Source: Saprospiraceae bacterium (lineage in GTDB: Bacteria; Bacteroidota; Bacteroidia; Chitinophagales; Saprospiraceae). From it: a stretch of 64,000 nucleotides of DNA. The notes beneath the pieces were generated by a model. The model worked only from the letters and a program-made list of their open reading frames with translations. It did no database searches and was not told the origin of the DNA. Positions 10,970-21,094 of this stretch are shown here, in pieces. Both the position numbers and the translations under genes were made by a program. Every line of letters begins with the position of its first letter. The stretch's first letter is position 1. Location of the stretch: positions 7,415-71,414 of the forward strand of contig JALWRC010000095.1 in NCBI GenBank assembly GCA_027080725.1, in the 5' to 3' direction.

Positions 10970-12025
10970 TTAATACAGCATAAAGCTGACGCTAAATAGC
11001 CCCACAAGGAATAACAGACCTAAAACATAATAGAGAATAATGCCGGAAAGGAATTTTAATGCTGTTTTAATCCAACTGTCATGATAGTACCATTTCATAC
11101 TTAAAAAAACATAAACTATGGATAGCACTCCGGCTAAAATAAATACGAAGTCCGCCTCATTAAAAAAAGTTACGATGGCCAATGCTATGGAGAAACACAA
11201 GAATGCAAAGGCGTGATTGTGCAAAAGCAGGACCAAATGCTCTAAGTAATACTTTTTTTTACGGTAGTAGAGTAGTTTGAGAAAGAGGGCAAATGCCGGA
11301 ATGAGTAATATGATCATCCATATGAAGTGACCAATAACTTGCTTGCTAAAACCCGCAGGATTGTCACTTAGTTTGTAGGCCTGTGTGACCATTATTCGAT
11401 CCCAGTAATTTTTGATGTGGTACTTCTCAATGAGCTCTGCACTATTCAACCCGAGCAGGTCTGCCGTTTTGAAATAAAATGTTTTTCCGGACAGCAAATT
11501 AACTTCCATGGTACTGCTGTCAGAAAGGGCATTGGTGTTATTGCGGAGTAGGAAAGTATCCAATACGGCATAGGTCTTAGGGTCGCGGATTTGCGCTTCG
11601 TCCAAAGCCTGTTGGATTTCCTTTATGAGCAAATATTTTTTTGTCTTTCCTTTGAGCACACTTAGTGGATTATTTGTCTTCCCAAAGTCCATTTCAAGTG
11701 AGAAAGATGTGGTACTCAATAACCAAAAGAATAATACTGCCGAGACAAAAAAGAATCGAAAAGGTGGGTAATAACGATGGCGAATTCCGGCAAAATAGTC
11801 CTTGGTCAGTCGGCCGGGCAGTAGAGAACGCTTCAAAGTGCGTATGATTTTGGCATCCAGATTGAGCACCAGACTAAAAAAGTCATTGACCAATTCCCGG
11901 ACGGTAGGTATCCCTTTTTGCTGTTTTTGTCCACAATTGGGACAGTAAATCGCCTCATTATCTAAGGGATAGGAACAGTTTGGGCAGATGCTTTCTTGAG
12001 TCATAATCAAAGAGTATGAATGCAT
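10970..12025 (-). CDS. DUF3667-like membrane protein with N-terminal zinc ribbon
   Basis: It has CPNCSYPL...YCPNCGQKQ followed by multiple hydrophobic helices. The start may be Met8 at 12004. The gene is AT-rich relative to its neighbours. Confidence 0.55.
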   Translation of the reverse strand: MHSYSLIMTQESICPNCSYPLDNEAIYCPNCGQKQQKGIPTVRELVNDFFSLVLNLDAKIIRTLKRSLLPGRLTKDYFAGIRHRYYPPFRFFFVSAVLFFWLLSTTSFSLEMDFGKTNNPLSVLKGKTKKYLLIKEIQQALDEAQIRDPKTYAVLDTFLLRNNTNALSDSSTMEVNLLSGKTFYFKTADLLGLNSAELIEKYHIKNYWDRIMVTQAYKLSDNPAGFSKQVIGHFIWMIILLIPAFALFLKLLYYRKKKYYLEHLVLLLHNHAFAFLCFSIALAIVTFFNEADFVFILAGVLSIVYVFLSMKWYYHDSWIKTALKFLSGIILYYVLGLLFLVGLFSVSFMLY

Positions 12026-12259
12026 TTAACCGGTGCAAAATACAAATTTATTTTGGGGCTGCAGTTCAAAGACCATTTTGGTTAGATAGTGAAGGCGCAC
12101 AATTCCATAATTTTACTTATTTTTGGCACTTATTAGACGTGTAGAGCGCTTATTCGCATTTGAGGAATCTATCGTACATTTATTTTGCACACGAACGGGC
12201 GATGTTTAGAGCATCATTTTTTCGGGGCAGATTATTTCTAAAACGTAAAACACAAAAAA

Positions 12260-12997
12260 ATGAAAAAATTATTTACCGTTGCATTTCTTCTATTTGCCAC
12301 ACTTCATCTCTCGGCACAAAAGGTTGGATTTTGGTTTGATACCGGATTGAAAGCCGGAGCGGGCTTGAGCCTCCTGCAAAACAATAATATTTTTAGTGAT
12401 CGGGATTATGAGATGTTCTTGTCCACCGGTTATTCATTGGGTGGAAAGGTTGGAATCTTTTACGGCTACAATCACGGGATTAATATTGATGCGATGTACA
12501 CGCATGGTTCACAAAAATATGAGTTTGTACACGGAGAGAATAAAAATGCCAATCACAAGATCAGTTGGTCCACCACGGATGTCGCTTTGTTGTATCGCAT
12601 GCAAAAGGCAAGTGTGTATGTCGAATTGGGTCCCCAGATGAGTTTTGTCAATGGAGTGACACAGACCATACAAGCGGATAACCAACCCACCGACCTCAAG
12701 AAGTACTTCAATGAACAACTCCCCTCCGCTGTTTTTGGTGTTGGTGGATATGTCTTCTCGACAGGTACGTTCACTTTGATGTTTGGGATGCGGGCGATTT
12801 ATGGTTTGACGGACATGATATCCAACGAAGGCAAATCTGCCAATTACCCCAATCCTTTGGGCACTAAAGTGCCTTATGAGAGCTATGCAGAGACCCATCC
12901 TTTGCAGCTTCTGTTTATGTTTGAAGCCAATTACGGTATTGGGTATTTTGCCAAAACTACATGTAGTGACCGGATGACCTTCTTTAGGTTTAACTGA
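12260..12997 (+). CDS. Outer-membrane beta-barrel protein (OMP_b-brl_2/PorT-like size class)
   Basis: It has a signal peptide MKKLFTVAFLLFATLHLSAQ, alternating amphipathic strands and a C-terminal aromatic residue. Confidence 0.55.
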   Translation: MKKLFTVAFLLFATLHLSAQKVGFWFDTGLKAGAGLSLLQNNNIFSDRDYEMFLSTGYSLGGKVGIFYGYNHGINIDAMYTHGSQKYEFVHGENKNANHKISWSTTDVALLYRMQKASVYVELGPQMSFVNGVTQTIQADNQPTDLKKYFNEQLPSAVFGVGGYVFSTGTFTLMFGMRAIYGLTDMISNEGKSANYPNPLGTKVPYESYAETHPLQLLFMFEANYGIGYFAKTTCSDRMTFFRFN

Positions 12998-13287
12998 TGA
13001 AATTATATGTGGTGTTAGGTGTAATACCACTGTACTTTGTTTGGCGTTCATCGAGTGGTGAAAAATGTAGAAAACCACCTGCCAATAATAGCTTGAAGTC
13101 ACACGTTTTCTTGCGGGCTTTCCGGATTCTGTCAAAATGAGTTGGACTGTTTATAATGTATCCTTGGGCTGGAGGTAGCTAAACTCTATTGAAATCCGGA
13201 GAGGTATCGGATGAGCTGAACATGGGGCTTCATATCGGTCAGCGAAAAACGTTGGGGTAGTGGTTTGTTTATATGGCAATAAAAGTG

Positions 13288-13295
13288 TACCTTTG
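13288..13295 (+). promoter_or_regulatory. -7 promoter box TAccTTTG of the rimP-nusA-infB operon
   Basis: Matches TAnnTTTG and lies 60 bp upstream of ATG 13355. Confidence 0.5.
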
Positions 13296-13310
13296 CGGCA
13301 TAATTGTAAA

Positions 13311-13338
13311 AGGGGGAACGATGCGTTCCCTCTTTTTT
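13311..13338 (+). terminator. Leader hairpin plus T-run (candidate attenuator) upstream of rimP
   Basis: AGGGGGAACG-atg-CGTTCCCTCT followed by TTTTTT. It sits between the -7 box and the rimP start. Confidence 0.55.
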
Positions 13339-13354
13339 GTTAAACCCAATACGA

Positions 13355-13822
13355 ATGAGTGAACTATCGGAATGGATTGCATCTCTTTTGTCTGACTTCT
13401 TTGTAGAACAGGGATGGTCCGAACATTTTTTGGTGGAGGTGGTAATCAAAGGAAAGAAGTACCAGGTGTTTATCGATTCTGACCGGGGTGTTACAATAGG
13501 GGAGTGTCAGAAGGTGAGTCGATATTTGGAAGGGTACCTGGATGACAATCAAGAGGTTGTGGATGATTACAATCTGGAGGTGTCCTCACCCGGTTTGGAT
13601 AGGCCACTGCACATCAAACGACAGTACTTGAAGAATATCGGTAGGAGAGTGGAAGTGGTCTTTCCTTCCGGTAAAAAGGTGGAAGGCCAATTGGTGGATG
13701 CTGGTGATGATGGGTTTAAAATAGCAGTGCCTCACCCCGACAAAAGAAGAAAGGAGTTGGTACAGATGCCCTACAAGTACGAACAGGTGAAGCAGGTGAA
13801 AATAAAAATAACCTTTAGTTAG
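13355..13822 (+). CDS. rimP: Ribosome maturation factor RimP
   Basis: ORF 13337..13822 trimmed to ATG 13355. It lies immediately upstream of nusA-infB, and the size and the LEVSSPGLDRPL motif are typical. Confidence 0.85.
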   Translation: MSELSEWIASLLSDFFVEQGWSEHFLVEVVIKGKKYQVFIDSDRGVTIGECQKVSRYLEGYLDDNQEVVDDYNLEVSSPGLDRPLHIKRQYLKNIGRRVEVVFPSGKKVEGQLVDAGDDGFKIAVPHPDKRRKELVQMPYKYEQVKQVKIKITFS

Positions 13823-13926
13823 CGCGGGGCAATACCACCGTAGATGAGTTTATTATTTGATTTAAGAAACTAAAATTATTGGATGTCGCCAAGGCGATCG
13901 TCATTATAAAGTAAAATTTTTTTAAA

Positions 13927-15159
13927 ATGAGTTTGGTAGAAACCTTTTCGGAATTCAGGACGAATAAAAGCATTGATCGACCGACGATGATTCGCGTGAT
14001 GAAAGACGTTTTTAGAAGTTTGATAAAGAAGCGTTTTGGTACAGATGAAAATTTTGATATCATCGTCAACAACAATGGAGACCTCGAGATCTGGCGGGTA
14101 CGTAAAATTGTACCGGATGGTGAGGTGACCGATACGCAGACAGAAATATCCCTCTCCGAAGCGCAAACCATTGAAGAGGACTACGAGATTGGAGAGGATT
14201 CGTATGAATATATGGACTTCCGGATGTTTGGAAGGAGATCCATTCAGGCTGCTCGGCAGACACTTATCGCCAGAATATTGGAAATAGAAAAGGAAGAAGT
14301 CCAGAAACAATACTCTTCTCGGGTTGGGGATATGATTATTGGAGAGGTAAATCAGATCCTCAAGCATGAAATGTTGGTCATAGACGATGCTACCGGCAAT
14401 GAGTTGGTTTTGCCGCGCTCTGAGATGATTCGCGGGGACTTTTTTAAGAAAGGCGATATGATAAGAGCCGTTATCTTGAAGGTCGAAGTGCGCAACAATA
14501 ACCCCGCTGTCGTCTTGTCAAGGACGAGTGAGCTCTTTTTGGAACGATTACTCGAACAAGAGGTCCCTGAGATTGAAGACGGGTTAATCACTATCAAAAA
14601 GATTGTCCGTATGCCCGGTGACCGCGCCAAAGTAGCTGTCGAATCTTACGACGATCGCATTGACCCGGTCGGTGCTTGTGTGGGGATGAAAGGCTCCCGT
14701 ATCCATGGTATCGTTCGAGAGTTGAAAAACGAGAATATCGATATTATTAATTACACCACGAATGATATTCTCTTTATCCAAAGAGCATTGACTCCGGCTA
14801 AGGTGACGAGTATCGATCTGAACGAAGAAGAAAAAAGAGCCTCTGTTTACCTCCAACCGGATCAAGTATCTCTTGCTATCGGCCGGGGTGGCTCCAATAT
14901 CAAACTGGCCAGTCGATTGACAGGGTATGAAATTGATGTATACAGAGATAGCGATGAATTGGAGATGGATGATGTGGATTTGGATGAATTTTCAGATGAA
15001 ATTGATGAGTGGGTCATTGACCAACTCAAGTCCATTGGCTGTGATACCGCCAAAAGTGTTTTGGAATTAAGTAAAGATGAGCTTATTCGTCGTACTGATC
15101 TGGAAGAAGAAACAGTAGATGAAATTCTCAAAATTTTAGCAGATGAATTCGAAGAGTAA
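13927..15159 (+). CDS. nusA: Transcription termination/antitermination factor NusA
   Basis: It has S1 and KH domains (GACVGMKGSRI, GRGGSNIKLA), a C-terminal acidic tail and conserved operon context. Confidence 0.95.
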   Translation: MSLVETFSEFRTNKSIDRPTMIRVMKDVFRSLIKKRFGTDENFDIIVNNNGDLEIWRVRKIVPDGEVTDTQTEISLSEAQTIEEDYEIGEDSYEYMDFRMFGRRSIQAARQTLIARILEIEKEEVQKQYSSRVGDMIIGEVNQILKHEMLVIDDATGNELVLPRSEMIRGDFFKKGDMIRAVILKVEVRNNNPAVVLSRTSELFLERLLEQEVPEIEDGLITIKKIVRMPGDRAKVAVESYDDRIDPVGACVGMKGSRIHGIVRELKNENIDIINYTTNDILFIQRALTPAKVTSIDLNEEEKRASVYLQPDQVSLAIGRGGSNIKLASRLTGYEIDVYRDSDELEMDDVDLDEFSDEIDEWVIDQLKSIGCDTAKSVLELSKDELIRRTDLEEETVDEILKILADEFEE

Positions 15160-15216
15160 ACGAGATGTGATTTTGGTCCGCTCTTTGATTCATATATAAT
15201 AGAAATTAGTATTTTA

Positions 15217-18018
15217 ATGGCAGTCAAAAGATTAGTTAAAGTCGCCAAAGAACTTAATGTAGGTACCTCTACTATTATTGATTTTCTTACTCAGGCCGGG
15301 TATGAAATAGAGGATAAGCCTACGTCGAAAGTTTCGGACGAGATGTATGAAGTACTTCTCAAAGAGTTTCAAGGTTCGGTGGAGATCAAAGAAAGAGCAG
15401 AGCAGTTGACGATTGGCTCAAAGCCGGGAGAAGACGACTCTCCTGCTAAACCGCCTAAGAAGAATTTGTTTGCTCCAAAAACCCACCTTCTTGATCCGTT
15501 GCCTGATCTGAAGAAGACTGCTCCTAAGAAAGAGACACCGGTATCTCTTGACCCCAAAGCGGAAGAAGCCCCAACACCAAAGAAGGAAGAGGAAAAACCC
15601 GTTGATGTATCGGATAAAGAAGCACCTGCTCCTTCGTCTGATACCGAAGCTCCAAAACTCAAGGTTCTGGGAAATATTGACCTCTCAAAGACCGGGCGTA
15701 AACCGAAAAAGGACAAAGCGGAAAAGGCACCAAGCGAAGATCATAAAGATAATATAGAGGAAAATATAACCGCCCCACCTCAAAAAGAGCCGAAACCCGA
15801 AGAAGTGGCTAAAGCCCCTAAAAAGGATGTGGAGGAAAAAGTAGAAACTCCAAAGAAGGATGAAATCATCCGGGTTGAGGCTCCAACCCTTAAAGGGTTG
15901 ACAACTAAAGGAAAAGTGAGCCTCGAGACATTAAAGCGAACGTCCAGACCGGATAAGAAAAACGATGCTTCTGCTCAGGAAAAGAAAAAGCGAAAGAGAA
16001 AACGAAGGAAAATTACGGCAGATGATATCTCTGCAATAGGCAAAGGGCGAAAACGAAAAGGCGGTACCCCACCTAAACAGGAAATTGATCAGCAAGAGAT
16101 TGAAAAGAAGATCAAACAGATTCAAGTAAAGCTGAGTGGAGGAGTCGATAAATCTGGCAAGAGAAGAAAACGCAAACTAAAGAAAGAGAAAAGGGAAGCT
16201 AAAGAAGAGATTTTGGCTCAACAGGCAGAAGTGGAGGCCAAGACCCTCCAAGTAACGGAGTTTATTACCGCGAATGACTTGGCTGCCTTGATGGATGAAA
16301 GCGCCGTGAGTATTATCCAGAAGTGTTTCGAACTTGGGATGATGGTATCGATAAACCAAAGACTCGATGCGGAGATTATTGAGTTGATAGCAGATGAGTT
16401 TGGGTTTGATGTCGAATTCCAGACCGTAGAGGAGTCGTTTGATGATGAAGATGAAATCGTCGATGACCCGGCAGATCTCGTTCCTCGTGCCCCTATCGTA
16501 ACGGTTATGGGACACGTCGATCATGGTAAGACCTCTCTGCTGGACTTTATTCGAAAAGAAAATGTGGTCTCCGGTGAAGCCGGTGGAATCACACAGCATA
16601 TTGGTGCCTATGAAGCCGTGGTCGAAAGGGATGGGCAGAAAAGTAAAGTAACTTTCCTCGATACCCCCGGTCACGAAGCCTTTACCGCAATGCGGGCCCG
16701 TGGTGCCAAAATTACAGATGTCGCTATTATTATTATTGCGGCGGATGATAAGATTATGCCCCAAACCAAAGAGGCGATCAGCCACGCTCAGGCTGCCGGC
16801 GTCCCCATGGTTTTTGCCATTAATAAAATCGACAAACCGGGCGCCGATCCGGAAAGGATAAAACAAGAGCTGGCTGCTATGGACTTGCTCGTAGAAGAAT
16901 GGGGTGGCAAGTACCAGTCTCAGGATATCTCCGCAAAAAATGGAACAGGTATCGACGAACTCCTCGAGAAAGTGTTGCTCGAAGCCGAAATGCTCGAGCT
17001 GAAAGCCAATCCTAATCGACCTGCCGTCGGGGTTGTTATCGAAGCATCCCTCGATAAAGGACGGGGTTATGTTACCAATATCCTTGTCCAAAACGGAACC
17101 CTGCGTGTCGGTGATGTGGTATTGGCAGGAGCGCATTGGGGCAAAGTCAGGGCAATGCACAATGAAAAAGGACAACGCGTCAAAGAGGCAGGACCTTCGA
17201 CCCCCGTCCTGATGCTCGGAATGCAAGGAGCTCCCCAAGCTGGAGAACACCTTAAAGTCGTCGAAAGCGAGAAGGAAGTCAAGCGAATGGCCGCTAAGAG
17301 ACTCCAAATACAACGGGAACTCTCCGAGCGAACCATGAAACGTATTAGCCTGGATGAAATCGGAAGAAGATTGGCACTCGGCAATTTTAAAGAGCTCAAT
17401 ATTATCGTCAAAGGAGATGTCGATGGTTCTGTAGAAGCCCTCTCAGATTCGTTGATTAAATTGACCAATGAGGAAGTTAGCGTGAATGTTATACACAAAG
17501 CAGTCGGACAAATTACCGAATCCGATGTCCTCCTCGCCTCCGCGTCGGATGCCATCATCATTGGTTTTCAAGTCCGTCCTTCTCTCGAAGCTCGTAAAAT
17601 GGCAGAAACAGAAGGCGTACAGATTAAGACCTACAATGTCATCTACCAAGCCATCGATGAAGTCAAACAGGCCATCGAAGGTATGCTCGAGCCTACTAAA
17701 GAAGAAAAAGTTAAGGCCAATGTGGAAGTTCGTGAAGTCTTCAAAGTAAGTAAAGTAGGTACCGTCGCCGGATGCTATGTCAGAGACGGAGTCATCAATA
17801 GAAATAGCCTCATTCGGGTCGTGCGAAATGGTATTCTAATCTTCCCTACAAAAGAAAAGCAGGTCGGCGAACTGGCCTCCCTGAAACGCTTTAAGGATGA
17901 TGTCAAAGAAGTCAAACAGGGCTTGGAGTGCGGTATCGCTATCAAAAATTTTAATGATATAAAAGTAGGGGATGAGATTGAAGCCTATGAAATTATTGAA
18001 TTGAAAAGAACGATATAG
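15217..18018 (+). CDS. infB: Translation initiation factor IF-2
   Basis: It has an IF2_N start, a K/E/P-rich linker, a GTPase domain ([28 protein letters not shown]) and C-terminal IF2 domains. Confidence 0.95.
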   Translation: MAVKRLVKVAKELNVGTSTIIDFLTQAGYEIEDKPTSKVSDEMYEVLLKEFQGSVEIKERAEQLTIGSKPGEDDSPAKPPKKNLFAPKTHLLDPLPDLKKTAPKKETPVSLDPKAEEAPTPKKEEEKPVDVSDKEAPAPSSDTEAPKLKVLGNIDLSKTGRKPKKDKAEKAPSEDHKDNIEENITAPPQKEPKPEEVAKAPKKDVEEKVETPKKDEIIRVEAPTLKGLTTKGKVSLETLKRTSRPDKKNDASAQEKKKRKRKRRKITADDISAIGKGRKRKGGTPPKQEIDQQEIEKKIKQIQVKLSGGVDKSGKRRKRKLKKEKREAKEEILAQQAEVEAKTLQVTEFITANDLAALMDESAVSIIQKCFELGMMVSINQRLDAEIIELIADEFGFDVEFQTVEESFDDEDEIVDDPADLVPRAPIVTVMGHVDHGKTSLLDFIRKENVVSGEAGGITQHIGAYEAVVERDGQKSKVTFLDTPGHEAFTAMRARGAKITDVAIIIIAADDKIMPQTKEAISHAQAAGVPMVFAINKIDKPGADPERIKQELAAMDLLVEEWGGKYQSQDISAKNGTGIDELLEKVLLEAEMLELKANPNRPAVGVVIEASLDKGRGYVTNILVQNGTLRVGDVVLAGAHWGKVRAMHNEKGQRVKEAGPSTPVLMLGMQGAPQAGEHLKVVESEKEVKRMAAKRLQIQRELSERTMKRISLDEIGRRLALGNFKELNIIVKGDVDGSVEALSDSLIKLTNEEVSVNVIHKAVGQITESDVLLASASDAIIIGFQVRPSLEARKMAETEGVQIKTYNVIYQAIDEVKQAIEGMLEPTKEEKVKANVEVREVFKVSKVGTVAGCYVRDGVINRNSLIRVVRNGILIFPTKEKQVGELASLKRFKDDVKEVKQGLECGIAIKNFNDIKVGDEIEAYEIIELKRTI

Positions 18019-18044
18019 TTTCAAATTCATAAAATGCAAAAATT

Positions 18045-18419
18045 ATGGATGATATGACAGTTAATCGCTATTCCGATGTAGAGTTGGAAGAATTTAAAAA
18101 AATAGTTACCGACAAGCTCGCTAAGGCTCGGGAGCAGTTGGATTATTACCTCAACCAATTGAAGGCTATGAACGATAGCGAAGACGCCAAACTCAAAGGC
18201 CTCGACGACGGAACAACCGCTCAGGAATTGGAACGCATCTCCACGTATGCCCTCAGACAGCGAAAGTTGATCGAACACCTAGAAAAAGCATTAGTGCGCA
18301 TCCATAATAAGTCTTACGGTGTATGTCGTGTGACAGGAAAACTTATATCCAAAGAACGGCTTAAGGCAGTTCCGCACGCCACCCTGAGCATCGAGGCTAA
18401 AAACAATATGTCCCGTTGA
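18045..18419 (+). CDS. DksA/TraR-family C4-type zinc-finger protein
   Basis: A coiled-coil N terminus followed by a C-terminal zinc-finger-like YGVCRVTGKLISKERLKAVPHA. It lies directly upstream of lspA, as in many Bacteroidota. Confidence 0.75.
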   Translation: MDDMTVNRYSDVELEEFKKIVTDKLAKAREQLDYYLNQLKAMNDSEDAKLKGLDDGTTAQELERISTYALRQRKLIEHLEKALVRIHNKSYGVCRVTGKLISKERLKAVPHATLSIEAKNNMSR

Positions 18420-19123
18420 ACACTATAAATACTTTCCCCGCTGACAGTACTTACTCCAGGAGGCGTGTAGCCTTTATCGTTACCGCTGTAGTGATGCTGA
18501 TACTTGTCCTCGACCAATGGCTTAAAATATGGATTAAGACGCATATGGAGGTCGGTCAAGAGTTTTCCCTTTTGGGCCAATCTTGGATGCGCATCCACTT
18601 TGTCGAAAATGAAGGTATGGCGTATGGGCTATCACTCGGTGGCAAGACCGGTAAGCTCATATTGACCCTCTTCAGGTTTGGAGCGATCGGCTTCTTAATC
18701 TATCTCATGCGTAAGATGATTAGAGAAGGCTATGCTGTCGGCTTGCTCATTTTCTTTGCCATGATCATTGGCGGAGCCATAGGCAATCTGTTGGACAGTA
18801 TCTTTTATGGGGTCATCTTCGATGATCCGGGATACCACGGGGGCGTGGCAAAACTCTTTCCCCCGGAGGGAGGCTATGGCAAGCTCTTATATGGACGAGT
18901 GGTGGATATGCTATACTTCCCCATCCTCGATTTCCATTGGCCGGATTGGATGCCTATCGTGGGGGGACAGCGCTTCGAATTCTTTCGCCCGGTGTTCAAC
19001 CTCGCTGATTCATGCATCACCACCGGTATCCTCGGCATCCTGCTCTTCTACCGAAAACACTTTTTTGGCATGTCTAAAAAAGAAATCAGTAAGACTTCCC
19101 CCGCACCTTCTTCTCCGGAATAA
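18416..19123 (+). CDS. lspA: Lipoprotein signal peptidase II
   Basis: Motifs FVENEGMAYG, NLLDSIFYG, VVDMLYFP and FNLADSCI. The TTG start overlaps the dksA-like stop, so the exact start is uncertain. Confidence 0.85.
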   Translation: MNTINTFPADSTYSRRRVAFIVTAVVMLILVLDQWLKIWIKTHMEVGQEFSLLGQSWMRIHFVENEGMAYGLSLGGKTGKLILTLFRFGAIGFLIYLMRKMIREGYAVGLLIFFAMIIGGAIGNLLDSIFYGVIFDDPGYHGGVAKLFPPEGGYGKLLYGRVVDMLYFPILDFHWPDWMPIVGGQRFEFFRPVFNLADSCITTGILGILLFYRKHFFGMSKKEISKTSPAPSSPE

Positions 19124-19401
19124 TACCCCCGTATTCTTTGTATGGGGCAGAATTTATACCCACGGACTACTTGGCTTCCCGTACTTATATGCGTCATATG
19201 GTATGAAATGGTTGAATTGGCGTTATGGGATATTTGATAAGGTGCCGCCAATATGGCAGTGCTTATGGAGTTGTTTTTATTGATACATGTCATATTGACG
19301 CCTTTCGAGCGCCGAATTTGCACATTTTGGGGGTTGGTACACGGATTGATAAGGGTAAGGTGTAGCAAATTTTAAACACAAACCATTAAAACCATAGAAT
19401 T

Positions 19402-19833
19402 ATGACACTAGTAAGATTTAGAAGACCGATGCCAAATCCTGTTGACTTTACAGAGATTTTTAATGACTTTTTTAACCAAGCCGTTTCCAATATTCCCACC
19501 CGCGCATTCCAAAATGCAGTCAATGTGTGGGAAGATGAAAAGAAAATTGTTTTGGAAGTCGCCCTTCCGGGCATCGACAAAAAAGATGTCGATATCCAAC
19601 TCAATGAAGACCTGTTAGAGATAAAAGTGGTAAAGGAAGAGACCAAAGAAGAGTCTCAAGACAATTACCTCAGAAAAGAGTTTGACTTTACCGCTTTCGA
19701 AAGAACCTTCCATCTTCCGGATACAGTTGATCCTAAGAAGATCGAAGCAAAGTTTGATAATGGTGTTTTGCACATCACTATGCAAAAGAAAGAAGAAGTA
19801 ATTATCGAGCCTAAGAAGATCAAGGTCAAGTAA
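19402..19833 (+). CDS. Hsp20/alpha-crystallin small heat-shock protein
   Basis: Alpha-crystallin domain (VNVWEDEKKIVLEVALPGIDKKDVDIQL...FERTFHLPD...NGVLHI). Confidence 0.9.
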   Translation: MTLVRFRRPMPNPVDFTEIFNDFFNQAVSNIPTRAFQNAVNVWEDEKKIVLEVALPGIDKKDVDIQLNEDLLEIKVVKEETKEESQDNYLRKEFDFTAFERTFHLPDTVDPKKIEAKFDNGVLHITMQKKEEVIIEPKKIKVK

Positions 19834-19864
19834 CAAAGGAGTTAGGACAATTGTCCCAAAAAAT

Positions 19865-19895
19865 GCCGGTACCTCTCAGTGTGCCGGCTTTTTTT
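19865..19895 (+). terminator. Intrinsic terminator after hsp20
   Basis: GCCGGTAC/GTGCCGGC stem followed by T7. Confidence 0.7.
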
Positions 19896-20038
19896 GTGTC
19901 TATTCATCTTTGCCAAATGGGTTTTCTGTAGATTTCTCAATTTTCGAGATAAAAAAATGCATCCCTCTCAAATTTTGAGAAAAATAGACCGCTATCCCCT
20001 CCTACCTTTGTATTATGAAAATTACACAATGAACACCC

Positions 20039-20215
20039 TATGTGTATTTAGTGTTTGCCAGAAAACTATCAAATTTTATGAAATGAGGGATTTTGGATGA
20101 GTTTTTTCGTTTTTCGAGACGAAGTGATGCCTGGGCATCAGTGAATTGAGAAAAATAAAAAGATCGCCAAAAGATACATTTCTAATTTTGAAGAGTTTTC
20201 TTGCATACACTATTT
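20039..20215 (+). repeat. 177-bp dispersed repeat, copy 1
   Basis: About 91 percent identical (15 mismatches by my alignment) to 41479-41655, in the same orientation and with sharp boundaries. Confidence 0.85.
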
Positions 20216-20268
20216 ATCAGACGAACCATTTTTTTCGGGCTGATACACTATGAGAAAGAGGCTTCCCC

Positions 20269-20970
20269 CTAAGGAGCCTCTTTGCTTTTTTGTCTTCTTC
20301 CCTCATATACCTTAAGGACTTCTTCTTTTTTCTTTCGCCGGATATTGGGTACCTGGACCCCCGGAGCGGGATATCCGACAGGCAACAGTAAGAAGGCGCG
20401 TTCGTTGTCAGGCCGCTCCAGGATTTTCTCTAAGAATCGCATCGGACTTGGGGTATGCGTCAAGGTGACCAACCCGGCTTGATGAATGGTAGAAATCAGA
20501 AAACCGGTAGCAATCCCTACCGACTCATTGACGTAATAATTCTTTTTCTTTTTGCCATTTACCCAATCAAATGGCTTTTTGAAAACCACAATGAGATACG
20601 GGGCAACCTCCAGAAATGGCTTCTGCCAATTGGTGCCAAAGGGCTCGAGATCCTCCAACCACTCCTCGCTCATTCGTGTTTCGTAACTCAACCGCTCTTC
20701 TTCCTCAGCCGCCTTTCGTATTTGCCTTTTGATGGCAGGGGCGCTGACGACACAAAAAGTCCAGGGTTGCTTATTGGCGCCCGAAGGGGCGGAGGCTGCG
20801 GTCATCACGATGTTTTCGATGATTTCAAATGGAACATCTTCAGCGGAAAAACTGCGGATGGATCGCCTCTTTCGCATCGTTTCCAGTAATTGACGACTAC
20901 GATCCATTCGGGTCGAATCATCGAGTTCTATTGGAGTGTAAGGGATAAACCTGTTGGTATCTGTAGGCAT
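20269..20970 (-). CDS. Nitroreductase-superfamily flavoprotein, iodotyrosine deiodinase (IYD)-like
   Basis: RRSIRSF...SAPSGANKQPW nitroreductase core. The segment RMSEEWLEDLEPFGTNWQKPFLEVAPYLIVVFKK...LLLPVGYP aligns closely with my recollection of animal IYD. Confidence 0.8.
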   Translation of the reverse strand: MPTDTNRFIPYTPIELDDSTRMDRSRQLLETMRKRRSIRSFSAEDVPFEIIENIVMTAASAPSGANKQPWTFCVVSAPAIKRQIRKAAEEEERLSYETRMSEEWLEDLEPFGTNWQKPFLEVAPYLIVVFKKPFDWVNGKKKKNYYVNESVGIATGFLISTIHQAGLVTLTHTPSPMRFLEKILERPDNERAFLLLPVGYPAPGVQVPNIRRKKKEEVLKVYEGRRQKSKEAP

Positions 20971-21094
20971 GCGCTAATTTTTATTATGAAGAATAACATA
21001 TCTCTTTTGCATGTTGTTCCTGCTGATGCGGTCCAAAGGAAACAGCACCCCTGAACAATCCGTGCTTTTTTCCATGAAGCGTGTTTCAGGAGCA

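Noticed and set aside
15420-16230. A K/E/P-rich low-complexity region lies in infB.
   Set aside because: This is the normal variable linker between the IF2 N-terminal domain and the GTPase domain. It is in frame and continuous.
19879-20100. A 73-aa ORF ends inside copy 1 of the 177-bp repeat.
   Set aside because: The corresponding frame in copy 2 stops after three codons (ATG TGT ATT TAG), so the repeat is not conserved as this protein.
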